A DNA stretch of 64,000 nucleotides, taken from a bacterium (GTDB lineage Bacteria > UBA8248). The notes beneath the pieces are model-generated. The model did no database searches, had not been told where the DNA came from, and saw only the letters and a list, made by a program, of their open reading frames with translations. Of this stretch, positions 20,390 to 30,699 are shown in pieces; within the stretch, counting starts at the first letter, position 1; every line of letters begins with the position of its first letter. A program made the position numbers and the translations under genes. The stretch spans positions 2,464,001-2,528,000 of the forward strand of contig CBDBEV010000001.1 in the NCBI GenBank assembly GCA_965204535.1. The letters run 5' to 3'.

Positions 20390-21232
20390 GTGAAGGCGAT
20401 GCGTATCGAATCGACGAAAGCGAGGATGCTCTTCCATTACGCCGGGCTGATCTTGTTGTCGATAATCTGCCTGACGCCCATCTACATCATGATCAGCACG
20501 TCCTTCAAAAACGAGGTGGTGATCTTCGACGGCAATCCCGTGTGGTTTTTCTTCTTCCCCACACTTCAGAACTACGCCGACATCATCGGCGATTCGCACT
20601 TCGACCGGTATCTGGTGAATTCCGTCATCGTGGGCGTTTCGGCGACCCTCATCACGCTGACGACCGGCGGCATGGCGGCCTACGCTCTGGCCCGCATGCA
20701 GTTCCCCGGACGCCAGTCCATCGCCAACGGGGCGCTCCTGGTCCGCATGATACCGCCCGCGGTGCTGGCGATCCCGGCCTTCGCGGTCTCCATCGTGCTG
20801 GGAATCGCGAACCAGCTTTCGGGTCTCATCTTCTTCTACACGGCGCTCAACCTGCCCTTCGCCATATGGCTGCTCTACGGCTTCGTGAAGCAGGTTCCGA
20901 TAGAGCTCGAGGAAGCCGCCATCGTCGACGGGGCGACGCCCTGGCAGGTGTTTACCCGTGTCCTCTTCCCGGTGATGAAGGCCGGTTACGCGGTGACCGG
21001 CATCTTCGTATTCCGGATCGCGTGGAACGAGTTCATCCTGGCGCTGCTGCTGACAGACAGAACCACGCGCACGCTGCCGGTCGCCACCAGCCTGTTCCTG
21101 ACGGACGCGGGCCCCGAGTGGGGGCGCATCATGGCCATGGGCACGCTCATCGTCATTCCGCCGCTGATATTCACCTTCTTCTCCGCGCGGCAGATCATCG
21201 CCGGCATGACGGCCGGCGCCGTGAAGGGGTGA
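20390..21232 (+). CDS. Carbohydrate ABC permease (MalG-like)
   Basis: ELEEAAIVDGA, AWNEF. Confidence 0.92.
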   Translation: MKAMRIESTKARMLFHYAGLILLSIICLTPIYIMISTSFKNEVVIFDGNPVWFFFFPTLQNYADIIGDSHFDRYLVNSVIVGVSATLITLTTGGMAAYALARMQFPGRQSIANGALLVRMIPPAVLAIPAFAVSIVLGIANQLSGLIFFYTALNLPFAIWLLYGFVKQVPIELEEAAIVDGATPWQVFTRVLFPVMKAGYAVTGIFVFRIAWNEFILALLLTDRTTRTLPVATSLFLTDAGPEWGRIMAMGTLIVIPPLIFTFFSARQIIAGMTAGAVKG

Positions 21233-21238
21233 CCGGAA

Positions 21239-21346
21239 GGGGTTGTTGAAAAGGCCCACCTGACAAGGGGGGACAGGGAGGTTGCTTTTCCAGTCGAGAG
21301 GGGAGTCTCCTCTACTCTCTGAAAAAGGGACTTCTTCAACAATCCC
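21239..21346. mobile_element. MITE-like element of the GGGGTTGTTGAA family
   Basis: Termini GGGGTTGTTGAA (21239) and TTCAACAATCCC (21335-21346). Confidence 0.45.
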
Positions 21347-21418
21347 GTTTGCGACCCCTACGCTCCCAATGCGGAATGATGGCAACCTTCTGTTCGGCCT
21401 ATGGTGAATTCGGAGACC

Positions 21419-21495
21419 GTAGGGACAACCCCCTGTGGTTGTCCTGCATCGGACAGGCACGGGGGTTTTGGACAGGCACAGGGGCCTGTCCCTAC
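21419..21495. repeat. GTAG-type REP-like palindromic repeat
   Basis: GTAGGGACAACCCCCTGTGGTTGTCC...GGACAGGCACAGGGGCCTGTCCCTAC. Confidence 0.7.
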
Positions 21496-21524
21496 GAAAC
21501 CAGGAATGACCCTTGCGGGAATCC

Positions 21525-21917
21525 TCAGAGCACGTCCTCGTCCTCTAACAGCGCCTTCGCTTTCGCTTCGTCGTCCGCGGTCAGGGCGACGTTCGCGTAG
21601 CCGGCGTGGCGGTTCAGGATGTGCATGCTCTGGATGTTCACGCCCGCGACCTTGAATTTCTCCGCCACTTTGGCGAGGGCGCCGGGCTCGTCGCGCAGCC
21701 TGATGATCATCGCCTCGTCCGAGATCGCCCGGAAGCCCGCGTTCATGAGCACGCGCAGGGCGCGGTCGGACTCGTTCGTGGTCAGGATGACGACGCCCTT
21801 CTCGCCCGCGACCTCGGTGTTCAGGGCCTCGATGTTGATGTTCTCGTCGGCCAGCGCCTTGCTGATGTCCGCGATGACGCCGACCTCGTCGCGCACCGTG
21901 ATGATGATTCGATTCAT
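21525..21917 (-). CDS. Tandem ACT-domain protein
   Basis: Two ACT repeats: VRDEVGVIADIS...NI and LRDEPGALAKVA...GVNI. Confidence 0.88.
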   Translation of the reverse strand: MNRIIITVRDEVGVIADISKALADENINIEALNTEVAGEKGVVILTTNESDRALRVLMNAGFRAISDEAMIIRLRDEPGALAKVAEKFKVAGVNIQSMHILNRHAGYANVALTADDEAKAKALLEDEDVL

Positions 21918-21929
21918 CGAGAATCCTCC

Positions 21930-23060
21930 TCAGGCCGTTCGCCTGTGTTTTTGCTTCACGCAGTCGTCGACGAACTCGTTCACCATCTCGCGCGTGACAT
22001 GCGGCATGGTGATGATGTGGGCGATGTCGCCCAGTGGCGCGATTTGCCACTTGCGCGACACCGCGCCCGGGGGTTTCGGGAAAACGACCGTCACCGAGTT
22101 CTTGTGGCGCCACGCGGGAACCCCGAACTCGCCGAAGCGCTCGACGGCATACTCGGCGACCGCGAGCATCTCCGCCACGAGCTCGCGGAACCCGTCCATC
22201 CCCAGGCGCTCGAAGGCGTACCACAGCATGAGCGGCGTCAGCGCGTTGCGCGAGCCGGGCAGCGTGGTGTCGAGCACGCCGACGTATTCTATCGAGCGCG
22301 CGATGCGCGCCACGTAGTCGCGCTTCGTCAGCACGACGCCGCAGGGCAGCGGACAGCCGATGAGCTTGTGGCCGCTGATGGAGACGCTGTCGAAGCCCGC
22401 GTCGAACCCGTAGGGCTGCGGCTCATCGACGAAGGGCAGGATCATGCCGCTCAGGGCGGCGTCCGCGTGGATGTAGGCGTTCGTGACCGCAAGGTCGTCC
22501 AGGATGCCGCGCACCTTTTGCACGTCGTCCACGGCGCCTTTCATCGTGGAGCCGATGTTCGCCATGAAGATGACCGGCGCGTCGCGGTGGATGCGGATGG
22601 TCTCGCGGAGGTCCTCGTAGTCGATTTCTCCGTTGTCCCGGCTCTTGATCATGATGTTGCGCACGTTCAGCACGCGCAGGATCTTGAGAACGCTGTAGTG
22701 GGTGTCCTGGGAGAAATACACCACCCCGTTCGGGAACAACTCGCGCCCCATGTAGATGCCGTACATGTTGCCCTCGGTTCCGCCGGAGGTGACGTAGCCC
22801 CAGGCCTGCTCCTGCTCCAGATGCATCAGGGAGGCGAAGCGGGCGATGACCTCGCGCTCGATCTCATGGGTGTTGCTGCGGAAATTGCTGTCGTGAAAGG
22901 GGTCGCCGACGTTGTTGAGGGTGTATTCCAGAAAGGGCGTCAATTCTGAATAATCGAAACTTTGGTTGCAGGGATAACCCACCTGCCACTGCGCCAACTC
23001 CTCGAAGTCGCGTCTTAAGGCGTCGAGGTGCGCCCTCGTGAGTGGATTCGGTTCGTTCAT
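21930..23060 (-). CDS. hdc: PLP-dependent group II decarboxylase, histidine decarboxylase-like
   Basis: GYPCNQ, NNVGDPF, WGYVTSGGTEGNMYG, HADAALSG, SISGHK, GSRN. Confidence 0.8.
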   Translation of the reverse strand: MNEPNPLTRAHLDALRRDFEELAQWQVGYPCNQSFDYSELTPFLEYTLNNVGDPFHDSNFRSNTHEIEREVIARFASLMHLEQEQAWGYVTSGGTEGNMYGIYMGRELFPNGVVYFSQDTHYSVLKILRVLNVRNIMIKSRDNGEIDYEDLRETIRIHRDAPVIFMANIGSTMKGAVDDVQKVRGILDDLAVTNAYIHADAALSGMILPFVDEPQPYGFDAGFDSVSISGHKLIGCPLPCGVVLTKRDYVARIARSIEYVGVLDTTLPGSRNALTPLMLWYAFERLGMDGFRELVAEMLAVAEYAVERFGEFGVPAWRHKNSVTVVFPKPPGAVSRKWQIAPLGDIAHIITMPHVTREMVNEFVDDCVKQKHRRTA

Positions 23061-23388
23061 GGCTGGAGCCCTCCTGCTCGCGCGAGAGCAAGGCCTTTGG
23101 ATTCTTCTCCGCACCCCATCTCCCGCGACTTTGGACGCCGGATGGCGGCGAAGGTTCCACACGGCTTCAAGATACCCTATTTTCGAGGAGAGAAAAACGC
23201 CGGAATTTTCAACGCGCGGGCAACAAAACAGAATAGAGGTTGCGTGTGGTTCGGGGCGGTTTCTGGTTTATGGCCTATGGGGCGGCGAATTGTTGACACC
23301 ACGGGATGCCAGCCGTAAGATGCGCTCGATTCGACATCCCGTGTGGCATGAGAAGAAGGCGCGTGTCGGAGCGCCGTGGGGGCAGGAA

Positions 23389-23745
23389 ATGCCGGAAGAA
23401 TATCTACCCATATTGATTCTGATCGCGCTGGCCGTCGGGTTCGCCATCGTGAACCTGGGCGTGACGTTCCTGCTGGGCAGGCGCAAGTCCACGGTGGAGA
23501 AGGACTTCGCCTACGAGTGCGGCATCGTGCCCGAATCGAACGCGCGCGGGCGCTTCAGCGTGAAATTCTTTCTGGTGGCGATACTGTTCATCGTCTTCGA
23601 CGTGGAGCTCATCTTCCTCTATCCGTGGGCGGTGAACCTGAAGAGCATGGGCGTGTACGCCTTTCTCGCGATTCTGCCTTTCATGGCTTTGCTGGTGGCC
23701 AGCCTGATATACGAGTGGCGCCGGGGAGCACTCGAATGGGACTAG
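23389..23745 (+). CDS. nuoA: NADH-quinone oxidoreductase subunit A (operon 1)
   Basis: [19 protein letters not shown]. Confidence 0.95.
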   Translation: MPEEYLPILILIALAVGFAIVNLGVTFLLGRRKSTVEKDFAYECGIVPESNARGRFSVKFFLVAILFIVFDVELIFLYPWAVNLKSMGVYAFLAILPFMALLVASLIYEWRRGALEWD

Positions 23746-24233
23746 AACAACAACTCGAAGGCCAGGTGGTGCTGGGCCGCGCGACCGACGTCATCAAATG
23801 GGCGCGTAAGAACAGCCTGTGGCCCGCGCTTTTCGGGCTGGCGTGCTGCGCCATCGAGATGATGTCGACCTCGGCGGCGAAATACGACATCTCGCGCTTC
23901 GGCGCCGAGGTGTTCCGCGCGTCGCCGCGCCAGGCGGATCTGATGATCGTGGCGGGCCGGGTGTCGCGCAAGATGGCGCCCGTGCTCCGGCAGATCTACG
24001 ATCAGATGCCCGAGCCGAAATGGGTGATCTCGATGGGCGCGTGCGCGTCCACGGGCGGGATATTCAACAACTACGCGCTCGTGCAGGGCGTGGACGAGGT
24101 CGTGCCCGTCGATATCTACGTGCCGGGTTGCCCGCCGCGTCCCGAAACGCTCATCGACGGGATCATGAAGCTCCAGGCGAAGATTGCGGATGAAAAGCTC
24201 TACCGAGAGGATTCCGGCGTCACCTCGCTTTAG
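23736..24233 (+). CDS. nuoB: NADH-quinone oxidoreductase subunit B (operon 1)
   Basis: [23 protein letters not shown]. Confidence 0.96.
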   Translation: MGLEQQLEGQVVLGRATDVIKWARKNSLWPALFGLACCAIEMMSTSAAKYDISRFGAEVFRASPRQADLMIVAGRVSRKMAPVLRQIYDQMPEPKWVISMGACASTGGIFNNYALVQGVDEVVPVDIYVPGCPPRPETLIDGIMKLQAKIADEKLYREDSGVTSL

Positions 24234-24342
24234 ATGATGTGAGAAGGCTCCCCACGCCACGTGAGTTGGAAGTCAAAGCAGGGGCGGGGTGAGCGCTTTT
24301 TCGTGTAATGAACAAACCTTTGTTAAATGAGGGATAAAGCCG

Positions 24343-24903
24343 TTGAGTGAAGAGGAGCGGGAGCAAGTCGAGGCCGAAGAGCCAATCGAGAAGAAAGACC
24401 CCGACCTCGTTTTGCTTCAGGCGAAAATCGGGGATGGCTTTCTCGGAGCGACGGAACATCGCGGGCAGATTTCCGCCCGGGTCGCGCCGTACGCCCTGCT
24501 CGATGCGGCGCGCTTTCTGCGAGACGAGAGAGGCTACAAGCTGCTGAGCTTCGTCTGCGGGGTGGATTGCCTGGAACTGCCGGTATCCTACCGTTTCAAG
24601 GTGACGTATTCGCTCCTGAATCCCGAGAGGTCGCGGCGTCTGCGGCTCGAAGCCCCTTGCGCGGACGACCTCGAACCGGCAATGCCCAGCGTCTGCGGGA
24701 TATGGCCGGGCGCGAGACTCCATGAGAGCGAGGCGTACGACCTTTTGGGCATCACCTTCGAAGGACACCCCGAACTCGAGCGCATCTTGACGCCCGAGGG
24801 CTTCGAGGGGCATCCCCACCGCAAGGATTTCGACATCTCTTCGGAACCTGTGGCGTTCACCTTCCGGGATACGCCCGCGGGCAAGCCCAAGGCGGCGGAA
24901 TAG
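24343..24903 (+). CDS. nuoC: NADH-quinone oxidoreductase subunit C (operon 1)
   Basis: ESEAYDLLGI, GHPELERIL, GHPHRKDF. Confidence 0.93.
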   Translation: MSEEEREQVEAEEPIEKKDPDLVLLQAKIGDGFLGATEHRGQISARVAPYALLDAARFLRDERGYKLLSFVCGVDCLELPVSYRFKVTYSLLNPERSRRLRLEAPCADDLEPAMPSVCGIWPGARLHESEAYDLLGITFEGHPELERILTPEGFEGHPHRKDFDISSEPVAFTFRDTPAGKPKAAE

Positions 24904-24921
24904 GGACTACGGGAGCCATTG

Positions 24922-26145
24922 ATGGCCACGCAAGCCCAGCAAACGGACCCACTCGACAGCGACATGCTCGGTCCCATTCAGACCGAGACCATGACGCTCA
25001 ACATGGGGCCGCAGCACCCGAGCACCCACGGTGTCTTGCGCGTGGTTTTGGAGCTCGACGGCGAGACGGTGCTCTCGTGCAAGCCCGTCATCGGCTACCT
25101 GCATACCGGCATCGAGAAGAACATGGAGGAGAAAACCTACAACAAGGCCCTCCCCATGACCGACCGCATGGATTACCTGGCGCCCATGTCGAACAACCTC
25201 GGTTTCGTCCTGGCCGTGGAGAAGCTCCTGGACATGGAGGTTCCCCGCCGCTGCAAATACCTGCGCGTGCTGCTCGCGGAGATGACACGCCTGAACAGCC
25301 ACCTGGTCTGGCTCGGCACCCACGCGCTCGATCTGGGCGCGATGACGGTCTTTCTCTATTGCTTCAGGGAGCGGGAGCAGCTCCTGAAGATTTTCGAGAA
25401 AGTCTCCGGCGTCCGCATGATGACGAGCTATTTCCGGGTAGGCGGCGTCGCGCGCGAGCCGTACCCGACGTTTTACGACGACTGCCGGAATTTTCTCGAA
25501 CCCTTCTCGGAGCGCGTGGACGAATACGAAGAACTGCTCACGAACAACCCCATCTACCGGAGGCGCGCGGAAGGCGTTTGCGCCATGACGGTCGAGGAGG
25601 CCTACGCGCTCGGCATCACGGGGCCGCTGCTCAGGGCCTGCGGCGTTGCGTATGACATCCGCAAGAACGAGCCCTACTCGGGCTATGAGGAGTTCGACTT
25701 CGAGGTTCCGGTGGGCGAACGGGGAGACATTCTGGACAGGTATCTGGTGCGGGTGGCCGAGATGCGCGAATCCCGGCGCATCGCCATACAGGCGCTCGAG
25801 GGCATGCCCGAGGGGCCGCTCATGGCGGATAACCCCAAGGTGGTGCCGCCGCCCAAGGAGCAGTTGGCCCACGATATGGAGGCGCTGATCCACCATTTCA
25901 AGATATTCACCGAGGGCTACAGCGTACCCGAGGGCGAGGTGTACCAGGCCATCGAGTCCCCCCGGGGGGAGCTCGGTTTTTACATGATCAGCGACGGCAG
26001 TCCCGGTCCTTATAAGGTGAAGGTGCGCGCGCCGAGTTTCGCGAACCTCCACGCGCTCTCCGAGATCACCCGCGGCGGGCTGATGGGCGACGTCGTGGCC
26101 GCCATCGGCAGCATCGACATCGTGCTGGGCGAGATAGATCGCTAG
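24922..26145 (+). CDS. nuoD: NADH-quinone oxidoreductase subunit D (operon 1)
   Basis: [28 protein letters not shown]. Confidence 0.96.
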   Translation: MATQAQQTDPLDSDMLGPIQTETMTLNMGPQHPSTHGVLRVVLELDGETVLSCKPVIGYLHTGIEKNMEEKTYNKALPMTDRMDYLAPMSNNLGFVLAVEKLLDMEVPRRCKYLRVLLAEMTRLNSHLVWLGTHALDLGAMTVFLYCFREREQLLKIFEKVSGVRMMTSYFRVGGVAREPYPTFYDDCRNFLEPFSERVDEYEELLTNNPIYRRRAEGVCAMTVEEAYALGITGPLLRACGVAYDIRKNEPYSGYEEFDFEVPVGERGDILDRYLVRVAEMRESRRIAIQALEGMPEGPLMADNPKVVPPPKEQLAHDMEALIHHFKIFTEGYSVPEGEVYQAIESPRGELGFYMISDGSPGPYKVKVRAPSFANLHALSEITRGGLMGDVVAAIGSIDIVLGEIDR

Positions 26146-26169
26146 AGAGAAATAGAGGATGACCTTGTT

Positions 26170-26769
26170 TTGGCGTTGATACGGTTTCCCCATTCCGGGC
26201 AGGAAGAGCGCTTCGAGTTCTCACCCGAGAACCGCGCGGAATTAGAGCGCATCATCGCCAAGTATCCGGTGAAGCGCTCGGCGCTCATCCCCGCGCTCCA
26301 GTTGGCCCAGGAGCAGGAGGGTTTCATCACCAGCGCGGTGATGCAGCATGTGGCCGAGATTTTCGAGGTTTCCCCCATGGAGGTGTGGGGCGTGGTGAGC
26401 TTCTACACCATGCTCAAGACCCAGCCCATCGGGGAATACCACGTGCAGGTGTGCAACAACCTCTCGTGCGCCCTCATGGGTGCGGGCAGGCTGCTGCGCG
26501 AGATCGAAAACCGCCTGGATTGCCGCGTCGGCCACACGCGCGAGGACGGGAAATTCTCCATAGAGGCGGTCGAGTGCCTGGGCGCATGCGGGGGTGCTCC
26601 CTGCGTGCAGGTAAACGAAAACTACTTCGAATGCGTCACGCCCGAGATCATGAACGATATATTCAGCGCGCTGGAAAAGGGCGAGACCGTCTCGCCCATC
26701 GGGGCGGACGAGGTGGTATCGCCCGCACTGGCAGGCGCCGAAGATGCAGACGGCGAAGGCCAGGGCTGA
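26170..26769 (+). CDS. nuoE: NADH-quinone oxidoreductase subunit E
   Basis: VCNNLSC...VECLGAC 2Fe-2S motif. Confidence 0.94.
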   Translation: MALIRFPHSGQEERFEFSPENRAELERIIAKYPVKRSALIPALQLAQEQEGFITSAVMQHVAEIFEVSPMEVWGVVSFYTMLKTQPIGEYHVQVCNNLSCALMGAGRLLREIENRLDCRVGHTREDGKFSIEAVECLGACGGAPCVQVNENYFECVTPEIMNDIFSALEKGETVSPIGADEVVSPALAGAEDADGEGQG

Positions 26770-26779
26770 GGGACTGAAG

Positions 26780-28084
26780 ATGGCGTTGGTATTGGAAAAA
26801 ATCGTGACGGGCCGGTTCGACAACCCCGATGCGCCGCATATCGCGGGCTATGAGGCCACGGGCGGTTATGAGGCGATTCGGGGGCTCCTGGGCGGCGTCG
26901 AACCCGCCGACGTCATCGAGATGGTGAAGGCCTCAGGGCTGCGCGGGCGCGGCGGCGCGGGGTTCCCCTGCGGCCTCAAGTGGAGCTTCGTGCCCCAGGT
27001 GGACGGGCCGAAATACCTGGCCGTCAATGCGGACGAGGGGGAACCCGGCACGTTCAAGGACCGCGAACTTATGCTGCGCGACCCGCACCAGCTCATCGAG
27101 GGCATCCTCATCGCGTGTTACGCCGTGGGCATCGAAAAGGCCTACATCTACATTCGCGGCGAGTTCGTCGCCCCCTGGCGCGCGGTGGAAAAGGCCCTGG
27201 CCGAAGCCTACGAGAAGGGCTACGTCGGCAAGAACATCATGGGCAGCGGTTTTTCGTGCGACATCTACACCCACCGCGGCGCGGGCGCCTACATCTGCGG
27301 CGAGGAGACGGGGCTTCTGGAATCGCTCGAGGGCAAGCGCGGGCACCCGCGCCTCAAGCCGCCGTTTCCGGCGGTCATCGGCCTCTATGCGCGGCCTACT
27401 GTCATCAACAACGTGGAGACCCTCGCGAATCTCCCCCACATCGTGAACAAGGGGGCGGAGTGGTTCGCCGGCATCGGAATAGACGAGAAAAACTCGGGCA
27501 CCCGCATGTACTGCGTCTCGGGCCACGTGGCGAAGCCGGGCCTGTATGAGTTGCCGCTCGGCCTCACGTGCGAGGAGATGATTCACGATCACTGCGGCGG
27601 CATGCGGAACGGCGCGGCCTTGAAGGCGGTGATTCCCGGCGGCGCGAGCGCGCCCGCCCTCACCGCGCAGGAAGTATACGAAGACAAGGTGACGATGGAT
27701 TTCGACTCTTTAGCCAAGGCGGGCAGCATGGGCGGCAGCGGCGGGGTCATCGTCATGGACGAGACGACGTGCATGGTGCAGGCCGCGGGCAGGCTCGCCG
27801 CCTTTTTCGAGCACGAATCCTGCGGGCAGTGCTCTGTCTGCCGGGAGGGAACCGGCTGGGTGTCCGAGATTCTCGCCCGCATGGAGCGGGGCGAGGGCAA
27901 ACCCGACGATCTCGATACGCTCGCGTCGATAGATCCCAACATGCGCGGCAACACCATCTGCGTGTTGTCTGATGCGTGCGCCATGATGTTCAGCGCGTTT
28001 CTGACGAAATTTTATGATGAATTTGAAGCGCACATCTCTCTGGGCCGCTGTCCGCTGGGCAGCCCGTATCCCGCCGCGATGTGA
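26780..28084 (+). CDS. nuoF: NADH-quinone oxidoreductase subunit F
   Basis: GLRGRGGAGF, NADEGEPG, GAYICGEET, ESCGQCSVCREG. Confidence 0.96.
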   Translation: MALVLEKIVTGRFDNPDAPHIAGYEATGGYEAIRGLLGGVEPADVIEMVKASGLRGRGGAGFPCGLKWSFVPQVDGPKYLAVNADEGEPGTFKDRELMLRDPHQLIEGILIACYAVGIEKAYIYIRGEFVAPWRAVEKALAEAYEKGYVGKNIMGSGFSCDIYTHRGAGAYICGEETGLLESLEGKRGHPRLKPPFPAVIGLYARPTVINNVETLANLPHIVNKGAEWFAGIGIDEKNSGTRMYCVSGHVAKPGLYELPLGLTCEEMIHDHCGGMRNGAALKAVIPGGASAPALTAQEVYEDKVTMDFDSLAKAGSMGGSGGVIVMDETTCMVQAAGRLAAFFEHESCGQCSVCREGTGWVSEILARMERGEGKPDDLDTLASIDPNMRGNTICVLSDACAMMFSAFLTKFYDEFEAHISLGRCPLGSPYPAAM

Positions 28085-28101
28085 TGGGGGAGAGGCGATA
28101 G

Positions 28102-30699
28102 ATGTCGAATGAGCAGGTAACATTCGTATTCAACGATCAGAGCATCACGATGGACAAGAGCCTGCCCGTCCTGGAGGCCGCGCTGCGCATCGGCGCGCAC
28201 GTTCCGCATTTCTGCTACCACAAGAACCTCTCCATCGTGGGCCAGTGCCGGGCCTGTCTCGTCGAGGTGCTCGACGCCGGAAACGGTCGGCCGATACCCA
28301 AACTCCAGCCTTCCTGCGCCACGTATGCGGCCGAGGGCATGGTAATCAGTTCCGTGACCCCGCGCGTCATCGAAGCGCAGGAGGGGGTGTTCGAATTCCT
28401 GCTGAAGAACCACCCGCTCGATTGCCCGGTGTGCGATCAGGGCGGCGAGTGTCCCTTGCAGGATCAGACGATGGCCTATGGCAAGGCGATCAGCAGGACG
28501 CACGAGTTCCGGCGCATTTATCCGAGCAAGGAGATCAGCGCCTTCATCAAGCCGGAGATGAACCGCTGCGTGCACTGCACCCGGTGCATCCGCTTCACCG
28601 AGGAGATAGACGGCGGGGCGGAGTTCGGCTGGGCGCAGCGGGGCGACCGCACCGAGGTGGGCGTCTATGAGGACCTGCCCCTGACGAGCGTCGTCTCGGG
28701 CAACGTCATCGACATCTGCCCCGTCGGCGCGCTCACGGACAACAAATACCGCTTCACCGCCCGCGTGTGGGAGATGGAGGAAACGCAAGGTCCCTGCACG
28801 CTTTGCAGCGTAGGCTGCCGACAGGGCGTCTGGACGAAGGACGGCGAGATCAAGCGCGTGACGGCGGCGGAGAACGAAAGGGTCAACGACACCTGGATTT
28901 GCGACGTCGCGCGCTACGGCTGGAGCGGGGCGCACGGCGAGGGACGCATCACCCAGCCGATGATCAGAAAAGACGGCGAATTGACGCCCGTCGGCTGGAC
29001 GGAGGCGGTCGGCGAGGCGGCGAGAGGCTTCGGCGCCGTTATGGAGCAAGCGGACGGCGGCGTCATCGCCGGTCTGGGCGGGGCTTCCTCCACGAACGAG
29101 ACGGCCTATCAATTCGGCGCCTTCATGCGCTCGGTTCTGGGAACCAACCACCTGGACAGCCGGATTCATCCGCGCGACATCGTGCAAACGGACTTACAAA
29201 GCGCCGCCCTGGGCGGCGTGGGCGGCGCAGGCTCCATCGAGGAGTTGGGGCGTTCGAAGGCCGTCATCATCGTGGGCAGCGACCCGTTCACGCAGCACCC
29301 CATCCTCGCGCTTCAGATCAGAAAGGCGCACCGCGCAGGCGCGGTGGTCATCAACGTGAACCAAAGGCGCATCGACCTGCGCGTTTCAGGCCGCGTGCAT
29401 CATCTGGTGCCGGTTCTGGGCGGCATCTCGCGAACGCTGCGCGCGCTGGCGGCATGCCTCGTGGACGGCGGCGCGAGACCCGAAGGTGAGAACGCGGAAG
29501 AATACGCCGCGCTCATAGGTTCCGCCGACCTGAGCCGCCTGTGCGAAGAGGCGGACGTGTCGCCCGATGACCTCATGGCCGCCGCCCGGGCGATTCTGGC
29601 GGCGGACGGCTCCGTGAGCATACTCTCCGGCCCCGGTGAGACAGGGAAGGTCGCGGTTTCAGAAGCGATCAATCTCGGGATTCTGCTCCGCGCCAACATG
29701 CTCTTCGCCACCGGCGCGCTGAACCTGCAAGGCGCAATCGACATGGGTCTGCATCCCGAAGTCCTGCCCGGCGGCGATATGTCGAATGAAGATGCCCGCG
29801 CCGCCTGCGGGGAGGCATGGGGGAGGCCGCCCGCCGCGCAGGCCGGTAAGGATGCGGACGGCATACTCGACGGCCTCGCGAGCGGTGAACTCAAGGCCCT
29901 TTACGTTCTGGGCTGCGACCCGGTGGCCGAATACCCCGATGGCGCGCGGGCGAGAGAGGCGCTGGAAAAGGCCGATTTCGTCGTTCTGCAGACATCTCAT
30001 TTGAACGCGAGCGCGGAGTACGCGGACGTCGTGATTCCCGCACCCACGCTGTATGAGGAAACGGGCAGCGTCACGAACCTGGAGCGCAGGGCGCAGTCTC
30101 TCCCGCGCGCGCTCAAGCCGATGATCGACAAAATGATCCCCGAAGCCTGGCGGGCCTTCGCCGATATCGGAAAGGCGATGGAGCGGCCCATGCGGGCGAA
30201 CTCGCTGGACAAAATCCGGATTCAGGCGCGCTCGCTCATCGCCGATTACGCGGACGCCTTCGGCCGTATTCCCGATGAGGGTCTGCACTTAAGACGAGAG
30301 GGGCGGCGCGCCTATCAGATCGCGCAGATTCCGGAGAAAGAAGCGCAAGCGCCGGGCCTCAGGATGCTGTTGACGCCCGTCTTGTGGCTCTCGGGGGCTT
30401 ATGCGGCCTCTGCCTATCATCTGGCCGACATGCCGGGAGCCGCGCTCGCCCTCTCGCCGAGCGATGCGGAAAGCCTCGGCGTTTCAGATGGCGAACTCGT
30501 GGAATTCGAAGTGGGCGGGGAGGTCGTTCGGCTGCCCGTGCATTTCGAGAAGAACGCGCCCGTGGGCGTCGCCTTCGCGCCGGAGGGTTATTTGCGCGCG
30601 CACGGGGCCTCGGCGCTCAACACCGGCGGCGCGCTGGGCCGCCAGGGGGTGGAGATTCGGATCCGCAAGGCGGAGAAACCCCAGGAGGTGGGCGCATAG
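28102..30699 (+). CDS. nuoG: NADH-quinone oxidoreductase subunit G
   Basis: FCYH...CRAC, HPLDCPVCDQGGEC, RCVHCTRC, CTLCSVGC. Confidence 0.95.
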   Translation: MSNEQVTFVFNDQSITMDKSLPVLEAALRIGAHVPHFCYHKNLSIVGQCRACLVEVLDAGNGRPIPKLQPSCATYAAEGMVISSVTPRVIEAQEGVFEFLLKNHPLDCPVCDQGGECPLQDQTMAYGKAISRTHEFRRIYPSKEISAFIKPEMNRCVHCTRCIRFTEEIDGGAEFGWAQRGDRTEVGVYEDLPLTSVVSGNVIDICPVGALTDNKYRFTARVWEMEETQGPCTLCSVGCRQGVWTKDGEIKRVTAAENERVNDTWICDVARYGWSGAHGEGRITQPMIRKDGELTPVGWTEAVGEAARGFGAVMEQADGGVIAGLGGASSTNETAYQFGAFMRSVLGTNHLDSRIHPRDIVQTDLQSAALGGVGGAGSIEELGRSKAVIIVGSDPFTQHPILALQIRKAHRAGAVVINVNQRRIDLRVSGRVHHLVPVLGGISRTLRALAACLVDGGARPEGENAEEYAALIGSADLSRLCEEADVSPDDLMAAARAILAADGSVSILSGPGETGKVAVSEAINLGILLRANMLFATGALNLQGAIDMGLHPEVLPGGDMSNEDARAACGEAWGRPPAAQAGKDADGILDGLASGELKALYVLGCDPVAEYPDGARAREALEKADFVVLQTSHLNASAEYADVVIPAPTLYEETGSVTNLERRAQSLPRALKPMIDKMIPEAWRAFADIGKAMERPMRANSLDKIRIQARSLIADYADAFGRIPDEGLHLRREGRRAYQIAQIPEKEAQAPGLRMLLTPVLWLSGAYAASAYHLADMPGAALALSPSDAESLGVSDGELVEFEVGGEVVRLPVHFEKNAPVGVAFAPEGYLRAHGASALNTGGALGRQGVEIRIRKAEKPQEVGA

